This document shows positions 24,561 to 35,699 of a stretch of 64,000 nt of DNA, piece after piece. Origin of the DNA: Lama glama (Eukaryota); the NCBI GenBank assembly GCA_028534125.1, contig CM052816.1, positions 4,342,001-4,406,000 on the forward strand, in the 5' to 3' direction. Position 1 is the stretch's first letter; every line of letters begins with the position of its first letter. The notes beneath the pieces were generated by a model, which saw nothing but the letters and a program-made list of their open reading frames with translations, was not told the DNA's origin and searched no databases. The position numbers and the translations under genes were made by a program.

Positions 24561-25650
24561 AAACTGCATGTGGGTCAGTTCCCAGAAGGTGCCCAGAAGG
24601 CAGACTGATGAACTTTACGTCCACAGACATGAAAGGAGTTTCCTCATGGAAAAGTTTCCCTGGATCCTGGCAGCAAAGCCAATGGCTTAGAAGCCACAGG
24701 ACCCAATGAATACCTTAAAAGCTGAGGAGTAATTGATGGTAACTAAGGTTTGGGGGTCAAATAGAGTGAGGAGATAAAGCTGGATGGCCTCTCCATTGGG
24801 TTCATAAGAGGATAAGAAAGGAAAGGATGTGTTTTAAAATACAGCAATTCACTAATCAATAATATATTTGGTCATTTACTTCCTGATGGTAAACGTCTCA
24901 CCATAATTACCCTTGTCAGTGAAATATACGCCCTGCTGACTTACAGATTCAAAGAAGATGGCAGCCTTGTCTACACACCCTCTGTACACAAGTCCTAAAC
25001 ACTCACACTATGGATTTCCAGAAAGTCATAAATAATTAATAAATATAAATGGCTATTCTGCATCACTGTAACCTGTGCAGAGTGTGTTACAGTCTGGAAG
25101 GAAGAAGATAAAAGAAAGAGTGTCATAAATAAGCTGGAGAAAGCGAAGGGGCAGTAGACAGAAGAGAGAGACAGAGGTGATGTAATTCACTTGTCACACA
25201 GTAATGTTCTGTATTACACATAACAAAAATATTCATTTCAGACCCTTGGCCACAGTACTGAAAACACTTGCTAAACGAAGGTTAATGTCTAAATAGTACA
25301 ATGAAAATTTAGTACCAGAAAGTTTTATACAAATTGGAGGCTTCATCAGATCTCTTAAGTTTTTCAACCACAGGATAATACATCAGCCATGTGGCCAAAC
25401 ACCACACCCAACTTACCCTCACCTTCCCTGAAGACAATGAAGGAATAAAATTGAAGGCGATTAGCCTCTCAGAATTGATCACATCCATAAAGAAAGAAAG
25501 GGGGCAGTCACAATCAGCCTAGGCCATGTGAAGCGAGAAACTACACCTGCAAACTCTCTTTTTTGCAGATTTCACTCAGGCAACATGATCAAATTATCGG
25601 TGACTTCAGTCGTCAACAACTCACACACAGAAACTGGGCCTTCTCCTCCC

Positions 25651-26150
25651 NNNNNNNNNNNNNNNNNNNNNNNNNNNNNNNNNNNNNNNNNNNNNNNNNN
25701 NNNNNNNNNNNNNNNNNNNNNNNNNNNNNNNNNNNNNNNNNNNNNNNNNNNNNNNNNNNNNNNNNNNNNNNNNNNNNNNNNNNNNNNNNNNNNNNNNNNN
25801 NNNNNNNNNNNNNNNNNNNNNNNNNNNNNNNNNNNNNNNNNNNNNNNNNNNNNNNNNNNNNNNNNNNNNNNNNNNNNNNNNNNNNNNNNNNNNNNNNNNN
25901 NNNNNNNNNNNNNNNNNNNNNNNNNNNNNNNNNNNNNNNNNNNNNNNNNNNNNNNNNNNNNNNNNNNNNNNNNNNNNNNNNNNNNNNNNNNNNNNNNNNN
26001 NNNNNNNNNNNNNNNNNNNNNNNNNNNNNNNNNNNNNNNNNNNNNNNNNNNNNNNNNNNNNNNNNNNNNNNNNNNNNNNNNNNNNNNNNNNNNNNNNNNN
26101 NNNNNNNNNNNNNNNNNNNNNNNNNNNNNNNNNNNNNNNNNNNNNNNNNN
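25651..26150. other. Assembly gap (exactly 500 N)
   Basis: Run of N read directly. Confidence 0.99.
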
Positions 26151-27184
26151 GCTGTACCCTCCCCCTTCAACCTAGGTTTCTTATCTCCCAGACCAGTGTC
26201 TGCCACCACCCTACTCAGAAACTGAGTCAGAACATACAACCTCAAGGCAGAAGCCTCAGCAACGAGCCCAACACGAGGTTCTTGCCCATCCCTGCAGACA
26301 GCCTTCCATCCCAGGCTGTGGTCCACAGCCAACCCCAGTGCCAAGCACCATTTACTCTGGAGAATGACTGACAGTCACACATCCAACTTTGGCATTTAGC
26401 CCAAAACCATAATCGAGGTCTGAGATGCTCTGAGGATGCTTTGAGGAGGTCAGTTGGATGCCAACTTGTGTCATCTCTACAGTTGACATCTCCCCCACAC
26501 CAGTGTGAACAACTCATGCCAATCTCAGTCCGAGATTTCAAAATTCCCATCTGAGGTGAAAGTGAAGGCCATTCCTTAGACAGCAGCTCAAGGTAGTGGT
26601 TAATATTAATGAGCCATTGCTTAAAAATGTTCTGCCTTTCTCATAAACTCCTAATGTGTTTATACCAATTTGAAGTCACACACAGTTACAACTGTGGCTG
26701 GGCAACAGTGATAAAAACAAGAGCTAATGCTTATCAATGGTTAACTATGTGCCAGGGACCGTGCTAAGCACTTTGGGAACATAATCATCACACTCAATCC
26801 CTACAGCAACTCCAGGGGCACTGGGTGAAGGTAACCAGGTTGCGTGTGACAGTCAGAGCATCTCTCTTTTATTGGCCAACGAACAATTTTTGTTTGTGAG
26901 AGAAGAGTGAGGGACATGGGAAGAGAAAGAATTTTTTAAAACTGTCATCTAGCAACAAGACAGAGAGCTTTTTATAATGAAAATAAGTCTCATTACAAAT
27001 AGAGCCTAAACTTTCTCCTCCTTTCTGGATCTGCAAGGAACTGTGGCATGTGTCTGAAACACCGTCCTGGCAGTAAGCCCCTACATTTCTCAGGGAAGTC
27101 CTTCGATTTGCTCATACTTTTGCCTGCCGATCTAAGATTGACCAGGGTTGTTTTACATAAGTGAGATCTGCTTACTATATTTTT

Positions 27185-27315
27185 GCTTCCCCCATTTTAC
27201 AGATGAGAAAACTGAGGCTGTTACATTTAGAAGGTCATACAGCTGGTAGATGCCATGGGGAGCATTTGAATCTGGGTGTGGTTGACTCCAGAGCCAAAGA
27301 TCTTAACCATTACAT
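27185..27315 (-). mobile_element. MIR SINE fragment
   Basis: cccattttacagatgagaaaactgaggct...tttgaatctggg...gactccagagcc. Confidence 0.8.
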
Positions 27316-30029
27316 ACACATTTTGTAATTTAACAAATGACAAGATATCAATACTAGCCAGGTAATGAAATTTATTACTAACTTTAAATCATCAAATTGT
27401 AGTTCTACTGTGTTTTTTTCCCCTATGACTTTGAGGGGGGGAAAGATAAAAACCATTCACGTATTTAACCACCATCAATGGCACACCCACTACACAGTCA
27501 GCACTCTGCTCACACTGGGACCATCAATGTGAATAAGTTGAGGGTCAGCTCCTGAGTAATTCACAGTGGAGGAGAAATCTCTGTAAAAGAGGAGTTTCAT
27601 AAAATGGAACAAGTATGTTCTCAGAAATACGGCCAGGGTTCTAAGAACACAGAAGGACCCAGCTTCACCCCATGGGCACACCCAAGAACCCATGAGAAGA
27701 AGAAAACTATGGCCCAATTCTTACCATAAAATCCTAGAAACCACCCTTTTTAATTTACCCAACATCATGCATCAAATCGAAAATCCTCAGCTAAGACAAC
27801 ATGCTGGATGGTCTCCTGATTTGATTTGCAGTGAAGGGCCAAGCGTATGTTTTCCCTACAAAGTAAATGACTCCATGATGAACTGTTTTATGATGTTAGA
27901 TTTGAGAGGTCTGATAGTGCCATTAGTATCATAGCCTTGGTCTCAGAACAGTACCAACAAACAGAAATGAAATAAAACATTGCGTTCTAGGTTATGAGAA
28001 TGTTATTTTCATGGTTTATGTGAATCAGCCCAGGCAGGGCACAGTAAGTTCCTAATCTTGTTGTTTTAATAAACATGTTTACCAGCTAGTTTCGAGAAAG
28101 CAGCTTGATTCAATGTCTCATAGAGCACTCAATTTTGGTAAATGAAAGTTACTATTTCTCTGTGAGCTATGATAACATCTCATGGTGAATCACAAAGAAA
28201 AGGCACCAAGGTGTGTGGACATGTAGCCGCTGGGGCCTCTTGCACCCCGGCATCCTCCCCACTTGTGGACACAAAGGTTCACATGTGCTCGCACCACAGC
28301 TCAGAGCTAGGCAGCTGCACACGGCCAACTCCTCTGGCTTCTCCCCAGCTTTCACGGCTGTAATGCTGGGCAGACTTTAAGCCAAAAATTGCATCTAGAA
28401 AACCATCAAACACCGAAAGTTGAGGGAGAATTATACACAGAGGTTAGAAATAATTACAAATGCATAAATCGTCACCAGACAACTCTGCAACTACTACTGA
28501 GCATGAAATTAAGCCGTATGAAATGAAATGCATTATCAATAAACACGCAGTTATAAATTAAGGCTAGAAAAACTACATTTCCTCCCTCCTGCCTGTTGAA
28601 AAAATAGAGCTCACTATAGAACAAAGTCTTTTAACACTACGAAGTGGTTTAAAAATAGGCTGCTTAAGGTTCCATGTTAAAACTGATGCCATAATATACA
28701 TCTGTAGACCAACGCCATATGCTGTAATGTAATTATCTGCATAATTCTTGCATAGTTCTCCAGGACTCCATTCAAGCTAATGCTCTCTTAATTATCTCAC
28801 TCCCCTATGCTGGTCATTGGAAGCAGGGAGCTTCTCCCCTTGTGCCTGTGTGTCGTGACTCTAACGCTCTTGCCCTTTTAATTAATCCTCTCCTTCTGTG
28901 GCGGGTGTCAGAAATTACAGGGCACGCTGTTCCTGACCAGTTTGCTCTCTGTCTGAAGCCACACTCGCTCTTAATTATAGTCTCTTATCCTTGAACAGCA
29001 CCTCTCCATTTACTAACTATTCTCATGTGCATTATCTCATTGGATTTTCACAGTATCTCTGTGAGGAGACACAGCAGGGATTACTATTATCAGTTAACAG
29101 ATGAGGAAAGAGAGGACCAAAGAAGTACTCAAAATCACAGGTCAATAGCAAACTCAGGTCAACAGCAAACGCAGGTCAAGAGCGGACTCAGGACTCCAAA
29201 GACTAGTTCAGTTCTCTTTGCAGAATTATGCTGCTGGCTTCCCAATTCAAGAAGTATGTTTCTCTGGCAATCCATACATGGTTTGCAAACTCCAAAGGGG
29301 TCAAGTAAGATGAGTGAGTGAGTCAAGTCAGGGCAAGAAGTAACAGGGAGTGATGGAAACAATGGCAACACGGTGGTCATATTGGGGGACCTCTGCCCAA
29401 AAGCGCATCAATTCAAAACAATTTTCAATGAGACATGGGCAAAAAGTTCACACTGGGAGTGGGTAGGGAGGTAGTAAATCTGGATGTTGGACTAGTGATG
29501 GTGATTCCTGCATTATATGTATTTGTCAGTGTATAGCTAAGAAATAAGAGAGCCCCTACACACAGATGCACTCCTGGGAACCAGATCACTCCATGACAGA
29601 GAAAGGGGTTTGCAAAAGGAAATGAGGTCCTTGGTCTTGAGGGCCTCACAGTCTACTGGGAAATAATCTCCTCAGTGAAGCGTCTCATCAGCTACCACTC
29701 CCAATCAGAATATGGCAGGCCTTCTAGTAGGTTCCCCATAGCTTTACATGCATTGCAATGAGAAAGAACTGTGTGTGAACTATAAGAGAAATTATTTCTT
29801 TGGGGAGCTCTTACACTCCTCAACTTTGACTTTCTTACAGCAGCGTAATGCCTAATCCTTCTTAGCACCCAATACATCTTTGACCATGAGCTACAAAAAA
29901 GGTCCCGATAAAACTTGTCAACTTTGACGGAAACAAACAAAAGGAACAGAGCTAGTTAAGACGAGCCAGTTTTCAACCATAAGGAGAGCAACACACCTTG
30001 CATACTTACACTTGGTTCTTCAAGAGGCA

Positions 30030-30225
30030 GTAAGGGCTAGAGGTTAAGGGCACAGGGTTTAGATGTAAAGTAACCTGAGTGCAAATTACAGCACCACTAC
30101 CCATGTTCTGTGTCATCTTAAGTAAAGACACATTAAAAACACTCTGAGCCTTGTCTTCCTCTTCTCTAAGAAATGGACAGTGATAGCCATGTCACAGAGT
30201 CATTGTAAGGATTCAATGGAAAGAA
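30030..30225 (+). mobile_element. MIR SINE
   Basis: aggttaagggcacagggtttaga...ctctgagccttgtcttcctc...cattgtaaggattcaatg. Confidence 0.7.
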
Positions 30226-30249
30226 CAGAAGCACTTCTTGGTTCTCACA

Positions 30250-30850
30250 AATTAATCCACTCAACAGGTATTGATGGCAGGTCTGGTGTCACAGGGCATC
30301 AGGTAGGTTCTGGGGATACAGACATCGTCCTTGACCCCTTGGAGGATTTACTCCAGCAGATAAGATAGATAATATTGGTTAAATAATCTCATAAATAAAA
30401 TCGTAACTGCATTAAGTATTTTGAAGAAGACATGTATGGTACTACGGTACTATGAGACTGGGGGGTTTGGAAAATAAGAGCTAGCTTGGGAAGTGGTACA
30501 TAAGGAAGAAGAGGAAATAGCTGTAGTGGAGTATAAGTCTGAAATAGGAATAAGTATCAACCAGCTAGAAACAGGAGAACAACCTCTGAGTAGAAAGATG
30601 TGTTTGTGTAAGGGGTCCACAGGGAGGTAGACAGTGAAGCAGAGCAGGGAACATGCAAGAAATGATAAGGCAGGTCAGGATGCCTTACTTGATAAGAGCT
30701 ATGGGGAGCACGACTACAATGAAGCCAAAGTGGCAGCAGGGGCCACACCATGAAGAAACCCGCAGACCATGTTCTAGGAGTAATGGAGAGCCTATGACAG
30801 GCTTCAGCATAGATTTGTAAGATCCTGTTTGCTTTTCAAAGAGATCACTG
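30250..30850 (-). mobile_element. L2 fragment
   Basis: ggttctggggatacaga ... gatcctgtttgcttttcaaagagatcactgg resembles reverse-complemented L2. Confidence 0.55.
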
Positions 30851-33649
30851 GGTAAAGCCATGTGATCTCTTTGAAAAGCAAACACATGCATTCACAGCCA
30901 GTGATAAGTCAAGCTCAAAACTGTAGAACTCCTGTTGGCAAATATTTTTACTGTCTGCTCCCCTAAAACTATGCCCCCTGACAGTCTCTTACCATATCAT
31001 CATCACAAATAAGTAAGTGTATCTATTACTTACTTCTGTGTATATTTAATCAAAACACTTCCTATTTCTATTTATACAAGTGCTAAGCAAATCTAAAATA
31101 ATCAGTCACGTTTGGTTAAAAAAGGAAGAAAAAGAGCAAATCCTAAATATAGAACCTAAAAGGTTTTGTAACTATTTTGTGGAGGTGTAATCATCTCGCT
31201 CCAATTTTTTACACTGTTCACAAGAACACCCTTCCTCCTTTTACCCCAGGGGTTACAAATCCAAATGCCTGCAGAAGCCAATCAGGGACCACAAATACAC
31301 ACAGCAGCCTGGAGGAGTAAGGGCTGCTATGAATTCATAAGCACACACCCTACCTAAAGGGCAGTCAAGTCTTTTTTGTAACACAGACTCTCACACAGAA
31401 GCTCTGACTTACATGCAACTTTGGCCAAGGGCCAAAATTAACCCACCAACCACACCCCCACCCCAGTGCTCAGTATTACGTGGAAAAGGATCTCTAACTA
31501 CTCACAGTATCTTAAAGATACTGAGTGCAGTATCTTTTTCAAAATCTATTTTATAATGTAAAGCAGGAAGGGTTTTTAAAGTTCTTATTCTTCAAGAAAA
31601 CTGCCATTTTAAGATGCTGTTCTATAAATTCAGACTAGAAAGGGAATCTTTAGAGAGAGATGGTTCTTCACACACCAATTAAAAGGGACTAACACCAGTC
31701 ATTTTTTCCCTCCCAAATTAAATGCAGTCTTTCATGCATTTCTCCAGGGTGGTTTCCTTTTACCACCGAGCAGATACAGGAAAACTATGTGTGGAACATG
31801 CCAGATCTATCTGTGTTTAAATAAAGTTTCTGTCCTTTGGGAGGACAAGATGCAGAAGAATGAGTAATGTATTAACTTCCTGTACATTCTGCGAACAGGC
31901 CTCCCACACCAAAACTATTATTTATCCAAATCGGGTAAAAATCTTTTCTACTTACAGTACCTCCATACATTCGTTTTGAACAGATTTGATTACACAAAAT
32001 CGTTACTAGTGCCCAGATTCTAATTCTAACAATTATGATTTGCTTTATTATTTGCTTTTTTAAGTTCTAGGACTCCTCTCCTTCCCAAAGTTTGCTTAAA
32101 AGTCAAAATCATTCTAGAACCTTTAAGTAAAAATATATGTTATTTCTCTCAAACCAACAAGAATGAATCAGTCTCAGAAAGCAGTGATAATGAAAATCAT
32201 GGTGGATTCAGCAAAAACAATTCATGCCAAATTCTTTGAATTGAAATAAGCTTACTAACCTTGCAAAGTGACAGACTTTCTTAATTGTGGAATATATAGG
32301 TCTGGGTAAAGACTCTAAAGTATTTCCTGATAAACTTATGAACAAGATGGAAAAAATGTAGGCTAGATTACCAGAAGATTAGGGTAGTAAGTGCATACCA
32401 GGTCTACCCCCTGCATACAAAGAACTTCAGTTCAAGATTGACATAAAACTGGGAAGGTTAAAGGATGGACAGCATTTCTCAGAGTGTGTCCAACATTCTA
32501 TTTTGTTGCCTCTCCTCTTTTGTGCCCACTTCCAATATCTTTTCGTCAAAAAGTAGGGGAAAAGTCCTAGAAGGCAGGTATGCTTGTCAAATACGTGAAT
32601 GTCACATGTTTGATGCACTGAATGAAAATTCTGAGTTTCAAAGTGATCTAAACAGACTAGGGCCAATACCACAAATAAATGCTTGACAAGGATAAACAAG
32701 TATTTCTGCATCCGAGTTCATACTAAAATCCATCACCTCATCATAGGACAGAGAAAGAATGTGGCAATTCTTCAGAAGGAACAAAGAATTACAGCTTGAT
32801 TCCAAGTTCATCTTAGACTGCACAGGGAGAAGGGGGAGCATGTGCTTCGGTGTGTGGCAGGTCCCCAGGCTCTGATGCTTGCGAGCTGTGTGATCCTAGA
32901 ACGTAATCTAAGTCTTTCTCCTTTATCAAAGGAGAAGCTTCTCCTTTACCCTTTATCAAATGGCAATAATAATCACCTCTGAAGGAGTAACAAAGACCAA
33001 ATGACAATTGAATGTATCATATTAGTATCAAAAACACCCATCACTTATTTGAATCACTACCACCTAGACAGTGCGCTAAGTAATCTACACTCATGATCAC
33101 ATTCATCTGTGTTCTACCATATAGTGTTTGGCACACAGTCAGTTTCTAATAAACCAGAGCTCTCACTATGAACTAGCTGGCCTCCCACCATCAGCTGGGA
33201 GGACCAGTCACAAACACTGAATTAGAACATCCCCACCGTTCCTTACTCCAGACACTGGAATCGACAGCTGCCACAGAGACTTCTGCGTTTGTGAGGCTGC
33301 TTTCCATCACAAGTCAGGTGTATAATTCACAAACTTTTTAAAGTAGAGCTGTTCTTCAGAACTGCTATTTATTTTCTCGGTTTGTGAGGTCTCAAGAAGC
33401 ACGGCGAGTCCTTTCGATGGATGGTCGCTCGTGCCTGTGGACCTTCACCAGCTTGAGCCACTTTGAAGAATGAATTTAACATGTGTGACAGTGTGACACA
33501 GACGATATTGTGTCACAGTGTTCCAAACAGAGCCTCAAAAATGGGTTGAAATTTGAGTGATATTGTAACAGCACATCAAAATTTAGCTTTATTTGTGGAT
33601 AAGATGCTACCATGGAACACAATAGGCTACTCTAATTAGGAGAAATTAA

Positions 33650-33990
33650 ACAGATTTACAGACATCTGGAAAAAGCTAACTAGGAGTATAGAAGCTCTAA
33701 AACCATGACTTAGGATGAATAGCTGAAAGACCATGAATGTTCAGCCTGCAAAGAAGATTAGGATGTGGGAGGCTTGAGAGAAAAAGGACCCTCTCTTCAA
33801 ACAGGTGAAAGGATTCCCGTGGAATCATGAACAGATACAGGATGAAGGTGCTCAGAAGCAGTGACCTAAGAGCAGAGAGAGGCCAACAACAGAACCAACC
33901 ACGTTAAGTTACAGAAAGCTCTTCATCACTGGAAATGCTCGAGTTTAGGACTGTCACAGAGGAAATGCCTCCCACCTGCAAATTATGTTA
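33650..33990 (+). mobile_element. CR1/L3 LINE 3' remnant
   Basis: gctgaaagaccatgaatgttcagcctgcaaagaagattagg...ctcttcaaacaggtgaaagg and catcactggaaatgctcgag resemble the L3/CR1 3' end. Confidence 0.55.
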
Positions 33991-35079
33991 GATCACAGGT
34001 CTCAAACCAACAGCACACAGCCAAACCAGACGTGTTGAAGCTGGCCCTCCTTAGAATCTTCCTTCTGATATGAGTTACGTGTATTGTCAAACTTGAAAGA
34101 TATCATTAAAACTCCGTATTTTTAGCTTTGCTAGAAAATCAGAAGACATGGGAATCCTAACACCCATACAATGACAATCAGCTGGAGTCTGACTGAGACA
34201 GTCTCCACCATACTCTATGGCTGATGCCACTTGTGTTCATAGCTCCTTGGTATTCCTGAATTAAACGATCTCTGGAGTTTCTGCAACCATCAGGAGTCTA
34301 AAGCAAATGGAAAGAACACTGGGTGCTGAGGCAGAAGGTCCAGGTATGACTCCAACTTGACTGAATCTGTGTCCTTGGACAAGCTGCTTGAATTCTCTGA
34401 TCCTTTTTCTAATCAGGGAATTATCTCATAGGATGGCAGTAAAGGATGATGTGAAATCATTTCCACAAGCAATGTGGAAAATATTATCACCAAACACACG
34501 GGATGGTTTGCATATTCATTTCAAGGAAAGAATGATATGGCTTCAAATACTTTCTCAAAATAAAAACAGATTTGATGTATATTTGAAATACCTGTGTTTT
34601 GAAAGAACATAGATGAAATTATATAAGGTCTGATGAAAATATTAAAAATCTCGCAGTGAACTGTGTGTGTGCTTAAAACCTTTACCCCTGAGATAAATCA
34701 AGTTTATCAATTTAATATATTTTATATGTACTTTATAACACTTCACCTACAAGTTAACAACTCCACTTCTCGTACATATGGGAAAAGGAAGGTAGGACCT
34801 TTTGGCAATTTCCAGAAATTTCAAGTTTAAAGACACAGAGAAAATGACACCACCTCTGAGTGACTCATCCTAATTGCTGCATACATCCATGAACTGGATA
34901 ATAACAAAAGTCTCCATTATCTTATACCTGATTAGAGATTGGGGTTGCCAAAGTGTTGTCGGAGCAAGGGTACTAGAAGAAGTAAAGGGCTGGGCTAAAG
35001 AGTTAGAACATGGTAGTTACAGAGCGGGATGCTTGAAATTCAGATCAAGGATGTGATGCAGCTGCTGCAGAGGACAATA

Positions 35080-35268
35080 TGTGGTTCTCAAAGTGTGGTC
35101 CTCAGATCAGCAGCATGACCATCACTCTGAACTTGTTAGAAATGCAAATTCACCAGTCTCCACCCCAGATTTCCTGAGTCACAACTCTGGGGGAACATGG
35201 AAACCTAGGACTTTATATTTTAAAAAGTTCTCGAGGTGATTCTGATGCATACTAAACTTTCAGAACTG
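35080..35268. mobile_element. MER5A-like hAT-Charlie element
   Basis: gtggttctcaaagtgtggtcc...aacttgttagaaatgcaaatt...aggtgattctgatgca...tttcagaac. Confidence 0.85.
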
Positions 35269-35332
35269 GATTAAAACCCAAACAAAAAGATCAAAGGCAG
35301 GTTTTTTTCCCCAAATATATGGCCTATTCACA

Positions 35333-35472
35333 TTTTTTAATTTTTTTCTTTTTTTAGTAGGAGGAGGCAATTAAGTTTATTTATTTAAATTTTTAATGGA
35401 GGTCCTGGGCATTGAACCCAGGACGTCATGCTTGCTAAGCATGCACTCTACCACTGAGCTGTACCCTCCTCC
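35333..35472 (-). mobile_element. tRNA-derived SINE, camelid vic-1 type
   Basis: Reverse complement reads ggaggagggtacagctcagtggtagagtgcatgcttagcaagcatgacgtcctgggttcaatgcccagg plus A-rich linker and tail (A and B boxes present). Confidence 0.88.
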
Positions 35473-35699
35473 AAGCTTCTAACAGCCAGCTAATCAGTGA
35501 GAGTCCCTCTTTCTGAAAGTCAGCCAGTCAATTCCAGTAACCACACTTCCACAGGTAAAGGGCACCTAAATCCCTAAACCCTCTGCTTCTGAAAGGCAGG
35601 CAGTCCCAGAACTCCACTCACCAGGCCCTTCCCTATCTCACCCTGCTGCCCCCCGACCAGGAAGAAACCACTACTATCACACCTTGCACGTTGTTTACA

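Noticed and set aside
24049..24709. 213-aa Asp-rich, 208-aa Met-rich and 187-aa Ile-rich ORFs
   Set aside because: All are readings of one trinucleotide repeat attached to a MIR; no exon structure or recognisable domain.
25528..26344. ORFs of 215-243 aa spanning X runs
   Set aside because: Artefacts of translating through the 500-N gap.
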